This document shows, one piece after another, positions 8,505 to 17,673 of a stretch of 30,097 nt of DNA. The stretch covers positions 1 through 30,097 of the forward strand of contig CAYLZE010000063.1 in NCBI GenBank assembly GCA_964388035.1, given 5' to 3'. This stretch comes from an uncultured archaeon (lineage in GTDB: Archaea > Asgardarchaeota > Lokiarchaeia > Sigyniarchaeales > SOKP01). Positions within the stretch are counted from its first letter, which is position 1; every line of letters starts with the position of its first letter. Under the pieces are notes generated by a model. It was not told the origin of the DNA, did not search any database, and saw only the letters and a program-made list of their open reading frames with translations. The translations under genes and the position numbers were made by a program.

Positions 8505-9195
8505 GATGTCTAAAAATGTCATTGAATTGCATAAAATAGATAAATTTTATTATACAGGAGTGGCTAAACAAGTGCTCTTTGGATTAGATTTGAAAATAGA
8601 GGAATCATCATTTGCTGCCATCATTGGCCCTTCTGGAAGCGGTAAATCTACATTAATGAATATCATTGGCACCCTTGACAAGCCAACTTCGGGTGAAGTT
8701 TACATTGCCGGAAAAAGAACTGACCAAATGAAAAAGAAAGAACTTGCCAAGCTAAGAAATGAATATATCGGTTTTGTTTTTCAGTTTCATTACCTTTTGC
8801 CAGAATTTACGTGCTATGAAAATGTCTTGATGCCCTATAGAATAAGCAAACAAAAAGTCGTAAAAGATATCGAAGCGAGAGCAATGGACCTTCTTAAATT
8901 TATAGGAATTGAAGGGGTAAAAGATAATCTAGCTCCGAACATGTCGGGAGGACAACAACAAAGAACAGCAATTGCCCGAGCGTTGATGAATAATCCTAAA
9001 ATCTTATTAGCTGATGAACCTACGGGAAATCTCGATACAGAGTCAATGGAAGCGGTTTATGATTTATTTAGGAATATTAACCGGGAATTTGGAACAACTA
9101 TTCTCACGATAACCCATGATCGTAAAATTGCTGAAAAGTCTGATCGTATTATAGAAATAAGAGATGGGCGAATTATATTGGATGTAATGCGGTAA
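8497..9195 (+). CDS. LolD/MacB-type ABC ATP-binding protein
   Basis: GPSGSGKST, IGFVFQFHYLL, MSGGQQQR, LLADEPTGNLD and ITHD. The start could alternatively be ATG 8506. Confidence 0.95.
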   Translation: MNEMSKNVIELHKIDKFYYTGVAKQVLFGLDLKIEESSFAAIIGPSGSGKSTLMNIIGTLDKPTSGEVYIAGKRTDQMKKKELAKLRNEYIGFVFQFHYLLPEFTCYENVLMPYRISKQKVVKDIEARAMDLLKFIGIEGVKDNLAPNMSGGQQQRTAIARALMNNPKILLADEPTGNLDTESMEAVYDLFRNINREFGTTILTITHDRKIAEKSDRIIEIRDGRIILDVMR

Positions 9196-9335
9196 ATATT
9201 TAATCACTAAAAATTTTTAAGTTTATTTTTATAGTTTTTTTCCTTTTTTATTTTATTTAGTAATAAGAAATTGTCAAATTAACTTGATTTCGTTAAATTG
9301 AACAGAATTTAGTAGGATTAATTATTTTTATAACT

Positions 9336-10289
9336 ATGATTCATATTGATGGGCTCCAAATTTCAAAAGTCACTCGCGATATATATCTAATTCATCAAAT
9401 TGAGCCCCCTTTTTACTTTTCTTGTTGTGATGGGCTCCTTATTCTACCGAAAAAAGGAGGCGATGAGCAAGTTATTGTTTTGGATGTGAATATTGAACCT
9501 AAATACGTAAATGCATTAGCTTATGAAATTGGTCCCGTCTCAGATTATATATGCTCGCATGGACACATGGATCATATCGCTCACGTTCATGCTTGGGAAG
9601 AGTTAGGTGCTAAGATTTGGGCACCCCATCCAGAGTCATCTTGTTTACTTGATTTAAAAAACTTCTACAAAAGTTTTGGTTTTGATGAGGCGTTAGATTT
9701 TTCCATCATTCGGGAATTTGGGATCATCAATAGATATAAAAATTGTTCTATTATTCATAAATATACTCCGGGAGATATTTTAAACTTTAAGGGATATATT
9801 ATTGATACCATCCCATTAAGGGGGCATTCTAAAGCACACGTGGGATATTTCTTACCCCTTGAGAAAATCCTTCATATTAGTTGTCTGGGATTTGACCTAT
9901 CTAATGCCAATGCTAAAGGGTTTGGCCCGTGGTATGGGTTTAAAGAATGTGAGATTTCCCAATATCTTTTAGATATTGTGAAATGTAAAGGCATTTTTAA
10001 AAATCAAGCGAATCTTCTTACATCAAGTCATTCATACATAGTGTATCAACCAGATACTACTCCATTTGATTACATGAGAAATAAAATTATTGAGAATCAA
10101 ATCAAAGTGGAGATAGAAGTTAACAGCTTAAATTTAAATGGGGGTTCTGAAAAAAAAATTTTATCCGAATTATTAAAGAAAGACATTTTCTTTCCAAAAA
10201 AGAAGATGAGAGGTTTCTTATTCGAAATTTATAATTTTTGGGAAAGTTGGATAATAAAGAAGCATTTAAAAAGAATTGAAAATCATTAA
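9336..10289 (+). CDS. Metallo-beta-lactamase-fold hydrolase
   Basis: HxHxDH motif SHGHMDH, GHSKAH and a C-terminal SSH. Confidence 0.85.
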   Translation: MIHIDGLQISKVTRDIYLIHQIEPPFYFSCCDGLLILPKKGGDEQVIVLDVNIEPKYVNALAYEIGPVSDYICSHGHMDHIAHVHAWEELGAKIWAPHPESSCLLDLKNFYKSFGFDEALDFSIIREFGIINRYKNCSIIHKYTPGDILNFKGYIIDTIPLRGHSKAHVGYFLPLEKILHISCLGFDLSNANAKGFGPWYGFKECEISQYLLDIVKCKGIFKNQANLLTSSHSYIVYQPDTTPFDYMRNKIIENQIKVEIEVNSLNLNGGSEKKILSELLKKDIFFPKKKMRGFLFEIYNFWESWIIKKHLKRIENH

Positions 10290-10426
10290 GCTCAATGAAA
10301 TGGTTCTTAATTTTCATTAATCATGAAGATTAAACTAAAAACGTAAAATTAACTATTTGGGGATAATGACGCTTTTATTATATTCATCTCATGTTGTTTA
10401 AAATGATTGAGTAGTGAGGGCTGAGG

Positions 10427-11317
10427 TTAGAGTGTTTTGGGATAAGAAGATATTTTCGATCTTTTTTCGATTGTGGGGTAGATCTTGCCAGTGAGAGGAG
10501 GGGAACTATTATAAATTTCTTCTATATCAATTACCCCAAATTTAATTCTCCTGAATACATGAATTCCAGTATAAGTGCCTTTTATTGCCTGATTGGCATA
10601 ATTAAAATTCATTCCAAATACAGCAACTTTATTATCTATGGGGATTTTTAACAAATCTTCTTTTAAAACAGAAAAAGGAAAGATTACTCTATTATGATCT
10701 GCTGCTTGAAGTTGGATACAAGGCACAAGGACGGGATATCCATCAGTTGGATCGATATATGCGATTACTCGCACGGCTATCATTGCGTTAAAAAGTTCAT
10801 AACCCACAACATTTAGCCGTTTTTCCTTAAGATTGGTTTTTGCTGCACTCTTGCCAATCAAATTTGCTATTATCCCTTTTATGATTCCTCCCAACTTTAA
10901 ATTTCTGATGGAAGAACCAGCGATGATATCATTATAATAAACACTATGTACTCTGACATAGGTTGTATATCGCATTAATTGTGATCTATTAAAAAATTCT
11001 AAATCTTCTCCTTCTTTTTCAACATGAGTAAATCTTGCTTTGGCTTGCAAGAATTTGAAGGGTAATTTAGCGGTCATGTAAATTATTCCTTGTTTGGGAT
11101 TCTGCACCACGTTATGTTTGCTAGATCCTTCAATAAAAGCCCCCCACGCAAGCTTATTTTTGTTTAATGCTCTATTGCTTGAAATCATGGTAATGTGAGG
11201 CCATCCTCTTTCATCTATAGTTGCAATGAGCTTTAACATGATTTCTTCTTGAGTAAATTCAACGGCTTCTTCTGAAAGTTCTTGAAACCAAGAATCTATT
11301 TCTCTTCCTTTGCCCAA
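10427..11317 (-). CDS. Pyridoxamine 5'-phosphate oxidase-like (flavin split-barrel) protein, two tandem domains
   Basis: Internal repeat: KLIATIDERGWPHIT...SKHNVVQNPK and RVIAYIDPTDGYPVLVP, both matching the split-barrel 'atvd.dG.P' pattern. Confidence 0.78.
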   Translation of the reverse strand: MGKGREIDSWFQELSEEAVEFTQEEIMLKLIATIDERGWPHITMISSNRALNKNKLAWGAFIEGSSKHNVVQNPKQGIIYMTAKLPFKFLQAKARFTHVEKEGEDLEFFNRSQLMRYTTYVRVHSVYYNDIIAGSSIRNLKLGGIIKGIIANLIGKSAAKTNLKEKRLNVVGYELFNAMIAVRVIAYIDPTDGYPVLVPCIQLQAADHNRVIFPFSVLKEDLLKIPIDNKVAVFGMNFNYANQAIKGTYTGIHVFRRIKFGVIDIEEIYNSSPPLTGKIYPTIEKRSKISSYPKTL

Positions 11318-11412
11318 AATTATCTATCTCTTTTCCTCATAAGGTATTTAATAATAAGATATTTATATTATATATATGGAATATAATTTTAAAAATTAAT
11401 TAACGAATAGAA

Positions 11413-13887
11413 ATGAGGACCTCTGAATCTAAGTTTGATATTGCTAAACCGCATAATTTATCTCCTCGCTCTAAATGGTTAAGGGATTATTATTTCTTAG
11501 GTACAAAGCGAGAATGGAATAATGAATTCATGCCCTTTACTACGGGAACAGATTGGGACATCTTATTTAATGAATCTGAAAATTATATTGCACCTGAGAC
11601 CCATACTTTTATAGGAAATAAGGGAAAGGGTGTTTATGAAAGTTGCTTTCGATCTACTGCATTATCCGTGAAATTACCAAAAGATTTTTGGAATCTGTCC
11701 TTACCTGAACGGAGAATCGTATTTTTTGAAGAAGTCATGCTTAATTATATTCCCCAAGAAATTATTTCTGAAAATGATCTCATTGCAGGTGGGAGTTTTA
11801 ACACGCAATTGAGCAAGTGTTTTAATCAGAAGGAAGCAAGAAAATATTGGAAGAAAATTTTAAAAGCAAGAAAAATATTTTATAAGTTTCATAGAATGGG
11901 TTTTGGAAATGCAGGACCGGCAGGAGGGCATTTCATCCCGGATTACGAAACAATATTGACGAAAGGATTTAAATATTTACACGAAAAAGCAAACAATAAA
12001 TACGAACTTTTAAGTGATACAGAGAGGAAGGGCTCTAAAGGAGAAGAACTTAGAGCTATGATGAAAGCCACTGAAATCCCTAAAAAAGTTGGCTTGAAAT
12101 ATGCTGAAGAATGCAGAAGGTTAAAAAAAAATGCATCTTCATTGGAAAGAGTCGAAGAATTGGAACAAATGGCAAGAAATTTAGAAGTAGTACCTTGGGA
12201 GCCAGCAAATACTTTTTGGCAAGGAATTCAAGCAATATGGCTTACTCACATGTTAATCATTGCCGAAGAATCTTACCCGGGAGCCGGAACTTCATTTGGA
12301 CGTGCTGATCAACTTTTATGGTCATTATATAAAAAAGATATTTTAGAAGAAAAAACAATTTCAAAAGACTTTGCAAAAGAGATTCTGGGGAGTTTTATAT
12401 TTCATTGTAATACTGTTTATGATGCCATGATAAGAATAGGAAAACAGGGAATAACTTCCTCGTTTGGTCAACTAATTACTTTATCTGGTTGTGGACCAAA
12501 TGGAGAAGACCTAACTAATGAATTAACCTATACAATCTTGGAAGTAATTGATGAGTGGTATCCAATTTTAGAGCCAAAGATCAACATTCGATTACATAAG
12601 AATTCGCCCGAGAGATTATTGAATGTAATAATAGATATGATTGTGAGATCTCAAGGATCCCCTTTTATTTTAAATTTTGATGAGAGGAGCATGGCGGGAT
12701 TGATAAGAGAGGGGATTCCCAAGGAACAAGTCTGGAATTATGCGTGCGTGGGATGTTTAGAAAATACAATGCAAGGAAATGATCGCTCTGGTACAGTCAA
12801 TTGTAATCTTAACTTGGCAAAAACTATTGAATTAACTTTATGGAATGGAAAGAACATGCCCGGAAACAATGAAATAACTAATAGAAGTGAACAAATAGGA
12901 CCAAAAAGCGGCTCTCCTGAAATTCTTAAAACCTGGGAAGATTTTTGGAATGCATGGAATGAACAATTAGAATTCGCTATAAAATACATTGTTGATATCT
13001 ACAATATAACAGAAGTCCTAAGAGCGGAATATTTACCCACGCCTTTTTTGTCAACGATTTTCCGTGGGTGTATAGAAAAAGGATTGGACATTCAAAAAGG
13101 GGGACCTGAATTACGTTTTGTTACCGTTGAGGGGCTTGGATTTGCTACAACAGTTGATTCATTATTGGTGATAAAAGAATTAATCTATGAAGATAAGAAA
13201 TACACTATAACACAACTAAAAAATGCCATTCTTCATAATTTCGAAGGAAAAGAATTCTCTTTGATGCAGACCGTTTTTAAAAATAAAGTTCCTAAATATG
13301 GGAATGATGACCCTTATGCTGATAATATTGCTCATAAAGTAATGAAGACATGGACCGATAAAATTTGGAAATATAAAACACCGACTAATTATCAATATCG
13401 TCCCGGAATGTTCTCAGGAAATTATTGGGCAGGAGCAGAAGCAAAGTGTACTATTGCCACCCCAAATGGCCGAAAAAGTGGAGTATATCTCTCAAATGCC
13501 ATCTGTCCTTCAGTTGATGCAAGTTTCAAAGGACCCACAGCTCTTTCAAATTCAGTTGGATCTGCTTTGGGTGGAAAGACGGAATCGGGAGAGTATGTTA
13601 ATCATTTACCTAATGGTGCAAGTCATACTATAACTTTTAATCCAAGTATGATTAAGGATCCCGAACATAAGGAAAAATTTAAGTCTTTCCTAAGAGGATT
13701 TATAGAAAATGGAGGAACATGTTTACAGATCAATATGATGGATGCTGACTTATTGAAAGATGCTCAAAAGCATCCAGAAAATTATGCAAACTTATTGGTT
13801 CGAGTAACAGGATTTAATTCATATTTTACTGCGATAGGAAAAGAATTACAAGATGAAATCATTGCTCGAGAATCTCATGAGATTTGA
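11413..13887 (+). CDS. Glycyl radical enzyme (PFL2/dehydratase-like), substrate unknown
   Basis: 824 aa. GHFIPDYE, PANTFWQGIQ, SFGRADQ, Cys loop YACVGCLE, PKYGNDD and Gly loop LLVRVTGFNSYF...LQDEIIAR. Confidence 0.95.
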   Translation: MRTSESKFDIAKPHNLSPRSKWLRDYYFLGTKREWNNEFMPFTTGTDWDILFNESENYIAPETHTFIGNKGKGVYESCFRSTALSVKLPKDFWNLSLPERRIVFFEEVMLNYIPQEIISENDLIAGGSFNTQLSKCFNQKEARKYWKKILKARKIFYKFHRMGFGNAGPAGGHFIPDYETILTKGFKYLHEKANNKYELLSDTERKGSKGEELRAMMKATEIPKKVGLKYAEECRRLKKNASSLERVEELEQMARNLEVVPWEPANTFWQGIQAIWLTHMLIIAEESYPGAGTSFGRADQLLWSLYKKDILEEKTISKDFAKEILGSFIFHCNTVYDAMIRIGKQGITSSFGQLITLSGCGPNGEDLTNELTYTILEVIDEWYPILEPKINIRLHKNSPERLLNVIIDMIVRSQGSPFILNFDERSMAGLIREGIPKEQVWNYACVGCLENTMQGNDRSGTVNCNLNLAKTIELTLWNGKNMPGNNEITNRSEQIGPKSGSPEILKTWEDFWNAWNEQLEFAIKYIVDIYNITEVLRAEYLPTPFLSTIFRGCIEKGLDIQKGGPELRFVTVEGLGFATTVDSLLVIKELIYEDKKYTITQLKNAILHNFEGKEFSLMQTVFKNKVPKYGNDDPYADNIAHKVMKTWTDKIWKYKTPTNYQYRPGMFSGNYWAGAEAKCTIATPNGRKSGVYLSNAICPSVDASFKGPTALSNSVGSALGGKTESGEYVNHLPNGASHTITFNPSMIKDPEHKEKFKSFLRGFIENGGTCLQINMMDADLLKDAQKHPENYANLLVRVTGFNSYFTAIGKELQDEIIARESHEI

Positions 13888-13951
13888 ACCAAAAAAAAGG
13901 GTTCTATGATTTAATACTTAAATTGCTTTCTAGAATAAAATTAAACTTATG

Positions 13952-13976
13952 TAGGAAATTTCCTATAAGGAAATTT
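13952..13976. repeat. Overlapping palindrome and inverted repeat between convergent genes
   Basis: TAGGAAATTTCCTA (13952-13965) is a perfect palindrome. AAATTTCCT-ATA-AGGAAATTT (13956-13976) is a 9-bp inverted repeat. Confidence 0.6.
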
Positions 13977-13998
13977 AAGAAATAAAAGAATAAAAAAA

Positions 13999-15294
13999 CT
14001 AATTTTCAGATTTTATAATTTTTTCTTCGCCTATGCTAATCTTCGCTTTCTTTTCCCTTGCTCTAAGAATGGGTATTATTGAAATAAGCATTATGAAAGC
14101 ACCGACAATGAAAATTGAAGAAGGGGGAATATTGCCCGGAATCCCATCGATTACGATCGGTTCTCCATACATGGTGGAAATCATCCCTCCAATAAGTGGT
14201 CCTATTGTCATGGCAATAAGCACGGTAAATAATATAAAATATCCACTGAATTGCCCGTATTTCTCTTCTTGATAAAGATCCTTTATCCATGTTTTCGAGG
14301 ATATTCGAAAGATTGTCAAAAATAAAACCCAAGAGATCCCTAAAATGATTAGAAAAAGCACGTCTTGGAAAAAAGCAAATAAGATCAAAGATATGAATTC
14401 AAAGAAAACGGATATCATCGCTATGTTTTTTCTTCCTACTTTATCAATTATCATTCCAATAGGGATGCCTAAAATTATCGATACTAACAGTGCAAAAAAG
14501 ACCACTAACGAAGCCAACTCTAATGATAATCCAATATTATGATTCAGATATATTAGAATTAAAGGAAAAAAAACGTTAAATCCTATTTCCCAGATCATAG
14601 CACCCGTTAAAACTAAAAAAAAATCCTTATTTTTTCTGACAATTTGAGGATTAAATAAAATTTTCAATTGGTTCAAAATAGTTGAGTTAAGGGGTTGTAA
14701 CTTCTCGGAATCTTTTGCCAAAATAGTCCCAGTAATACCAAAGATTCCCACCAGAAAGCCAACGATAAAAAAGAAAAAAAGATATCCTAAATCTTGAATG
14801 ATGTATCCCGATCCCCCATATATTAAAAGTACGGCAACGAGAGTCATTATTTCCATGATTCCGACAGCTTTTCCCCTATTTTGAAGGGTTGTAATGTCAG
14901 TAACATGGGCATTAAAGGTTGCATCATATGCAGTAGCTCCAAAGTAGGTCATAATAGAATCAAACAATATTGCCACCATAACTGCCATAATAACAGGCTT
15001 AACTAATGCTGCGAATGGAAATAGCGATGTTGTAATTGTCCAAAAAATGAAACCAAAAATCATAAATCTCCTCCTTTTTCCCTTGACATCACTATATGCA
15101 CCCATTATTATTGCGGTTACGGTAGAAATGACGGCCGTAATTGCAACCATCAGGCTTACATAAATCGGCACTGGTGCAATTTCATTATAAAGAAAAACAT
15201 TATAATATTGATTTTCTACAGCCCATGCTATTTGTCCAGCAAATGAAATCAAATATATACTTAAAATAGACTTTCTATCAAGTTTTTGACTCAT
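13999..15294 (-). CDS. Major facilitator superfamily transporter
   Basis: About 12 TM segments. Motif A-like GAYSDVKGKRRRF and GMIIDKVGRK, with N-terminal GQIAWAVEN. Confidence 0.93.
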   Translation of the reverse strand: MSQKLDRKSILSIYLISFAGQIAWAVENQYYNVFLYNEIAPVPIYVSLMVAITAVISTVTAIIMGAYSDVKGKRRRFMIFGFIFWTITTSLFPFAALVKPVIMAVMVAILFDSIMTYFGATAYDATFNAHVTDITTLQNRGKAVGIMEIMTLVAVLLIYGGSGYIIQDLGYLFFFFIVGFLVGIFGITGTILAKDSEKLQPLNSTILNQLKILFNPQIVRKNKDFFLVLTGAMIWEIGFNVFFPLILIYLNHNIGLSLELASLVVFFALLVSIILGIPIGMIIDKVGRKNIAMISVFFEFISLILFAFFQDVLFLIILGISWVLFLTIFRISSKTWIKDLYQEEKYGQFSGYFILFTVLIAMTIGPLIGGMISTMYGEPIVIDGIPGNIPPSSIFIVGAFIMLISIIPILRAREKKAKISIGEEKIIKSEN

Positions 15295-15410
15295 TGTAAC
15301 TCGACTTTATTTTTTTTTGGTATATTGAATAAATTCAAGATATTAATATATATGAATAATTGACAAAAATCAATAATAAAGATTTAAGTTTATGAAATGG
15401 AAAAAAGTTC

Positions 15411-15441
15411 TTGCAAGCACTTTTATTTATAATGCTTGCAA
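15411..15441. repeat. Intergenic inverted repeat TTGCAAGCA-N13-TGCTTGCAA
   Basis: Perfect 9-bp arms at 15411-15419 and 15433-15441, about 120 nt upstream of the MFS start. Confidence 0.6.
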
Positions 15442-15588
15442 AATTTTCCAATTTGAAAAAAATATTAATTTCTTATTTATGGATTTTCAAGGAATCTAAT
15501 AGAAATATTGAAATCTTGAATTTTAATGTTTTAAATAAAATAACATGACATTCCAATTTGGACAAGATTACCTATCACTAATATTTAT

Positions 15589-15906
15589 TTAAGGTTTACA
15601 AGAAATACAGAGCCGTTCTTCTTCATTTATATCATTTTTATCTGGAATAGTAAATTTTCTTAAATATCTCTTTCCACACGAACGGCAAAGAGGGAAGAGA
15701 TGATCAATTACTTCTTTACACGATTTTCTCGAACATATAAAAACCGAGAGAAAAGGTTCATTAGAGCTTGGTTTAAATATATCAAACATTCTAGCAGTAC
15801 CTCGAATCAAATATTTCTTGCATTTAAAACAAATTCTACCATCTTCTTCACTCTCTTCAGTTTCCCTCTGATGATATATTTGCATTACATCATAGAAGTA
15901 ATTCAT
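15589..15906 (-). CDS. Small Cys-rich protein, putative double zinc finger
   Basis: 105 aa with C26-x2-C29-x28-C58-x4-C63-x10-C74-x2-C77-x22-C100-x2-C103. Confidence 0.65.
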   Translation of the reverse strand: MNYFYDVMQIYHQRETEESEEDGRICFKCKKYLIRGTARMFDIFKPSSNEPFLSVFICSRKSCKEVIDHLFPLCRSCGKRYLRKFTIPDKNDINEEERLCISCKP

Positions 15907-16338
15907 TAATTTATTGTTCTCTTAAAAAAGTTTTTAAGAGGCGAGAAAAAAATTGCCCTTATAAATAGGGCATGATTGAAGATTTAGTGAATCATTAATA
16001 GTATAAAAAAAATTTTTAAGTCTTAATCCTTAATAATAAGATAAAATCCAAAATTCAACAAATAAAAATGATAATGAGTTAGCTATAGTCAACCAGGAAA
16101 TTGGGAGGAGTCTGAAAAATTAGGAGGTACCTTTGTAATATACTTTTGCAAGCGATTTATGTTTATAAATTCACTAATATTAATAAAGAAAGAAAACAAA
16201 ATAAATCCACAAATTTTACGTGTTCTTAATCTTAATAAAAAAAATTAATTTACTTTGGAAAATAACCGCAGAAGTAAAATAAATTAGAAAATATCAAGTC
16301 AAAAACCTATAAGGAAAAATGATCTTCACAATCAATTA

Positions 16339-16500
16339 ATGACACATAATATGATCGAGGCAGATCGTCTAAGCGATAGAGTTGCAATAATAGATCATGG
16401 TAAAATAATCGCTCAAGGAACTCCTCAAGGTTTAAAAGAGAAATTTGGTCAAAACACACTTGAAGATGTGTTCTTATATGTTGCGGGAAGGGGGATATGA
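16339..16500 (+). pseudogene. C-terminal remnant of an ABC ATP-binding protein
   Basis: Manual translation gives MTHNMIEADRLSDRVAIIDHGKIIAQGTPQGLKEKFGQNTLEDVFLYVAGRGI*, i.e. the H-loop to the C-terminus only. No Walker A/B was found upstream. ATGA overlap with the next gene. Confidence 0.85.
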
Positions 16501-17311
16501 ATAAAATGAGAATTAGAGAAAATAAAACAATATTAATTGCAATCATCTGGTTAAAAGATAGATTTCGTAGTTGGGAAAATTACCTCTTTAATTTTGGCTT
16601 TCCCATTCTGTTTTCTTTAATCTTCTTTTTTGTATATAATAGCATAGAAATTCCAATGACGGATTTAAACCAATTTGATTATGGTTTTCCAGGAATGATA
16701 ATATATACAGCAGGAATAGGAACAATAAGTGCAGCAGTTGCATTTACGAGTTGCAAAACGTCCGGCATACTAGAGCGAATGGATACAATGCCAATAGGAC
16801 GGAAAAAACTTTTTCTTGGTGTCTTATTATCTGAATCTTTATCTTAATGATCCAAATCATAATTTTATTCATTTTTGGTTATGTTATCCTTGGAGCTTAT
16901 TTTGAAAGCATTAATGCATTGTTTATAGGATTTTTAATTACAGTTTTATTTGGAATATCTTCAGTAGGCTTAGGTATTATCATTGCAAGTTTTTCAAAAA
17001 CTCCAGAAATTGCTAATGGATTTTCATTAACTATTTTTCTGGTATTGATTTTTATTTCTGGCTCTCTAATTCCCTTTGAAAGTATAATTGTATATTTCAC
17101 CCCTCCTTTTTGGGCAAAACAAGTTTATTTACAAGTGACCTTATTAGGACATGAGTTTAATGATAAATTATATAGTAGTTCACTAATAGGTTATAGCGCA
17201 AAAACCATTTCTATCCCTTTATGGGGGGGTATTTTGATTGTTCTATCATTTACGCTTACATTTATAATCTTGGGAATTATAATATTTCAGAAAAAAACCA
17301 ATCTTGGATAA
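16497..17311 (+). pseudogene. ABC-2 type permease, frameshifted near 16840-16847
   Basis: ORFs 16497..16847 (FGFPILF, FPGMI, GILERMDTMPI) and 16847..17311 (FISGSLIPF, TPPFWA) are the two halves of one ABC-2 permease in different frames. Confidence 0.8.
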
Positions 17312-17673
17312 TTTTATGAATGAATATAAAATTATAAATAGATAAAGAGATATACAATGAATTTGGCATATCAAGTATTTAGGAGGAAGAAAACTAAAGC
17401 CTTATGGAAGGGTATTAAGAAACCTTTGGATAGAACATCCCTTGGGACGGAATTCTTAAGGATCTTAAGGATTTATAGAAAATTATCTGAAATTCTTGAT
17501 TTATGGTTTCAAATGAAAATTCATATCCTTATTTATTTAATTGGGTTTCGAATCTCTAATGCTATATAGATCTCCGGATATTACTAACACATTATTGGAT
17601 AAGGAACCAAACACTTATAAAATAATTGAAAGAATTTTTAGAAGATAACTTCTCTTTAAATTTTAATTGTTAA

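Noticed and set aside
16820-16860. A second BHB intron at the permease frameshift
   Set aside because: I could not build a 3-4-3 BHB geometry, and there is no apparent extra sequence. A 1-nt loss explains it, and the upstream ATPase is also destroyed.
17357-17569. 70-aa ORF containing a 9-bp tandem TCTTAAGGA (17454-17471)
   Set aside because: No recognisable motif. The tandem could be an excision footprint, but nothing else supports it.
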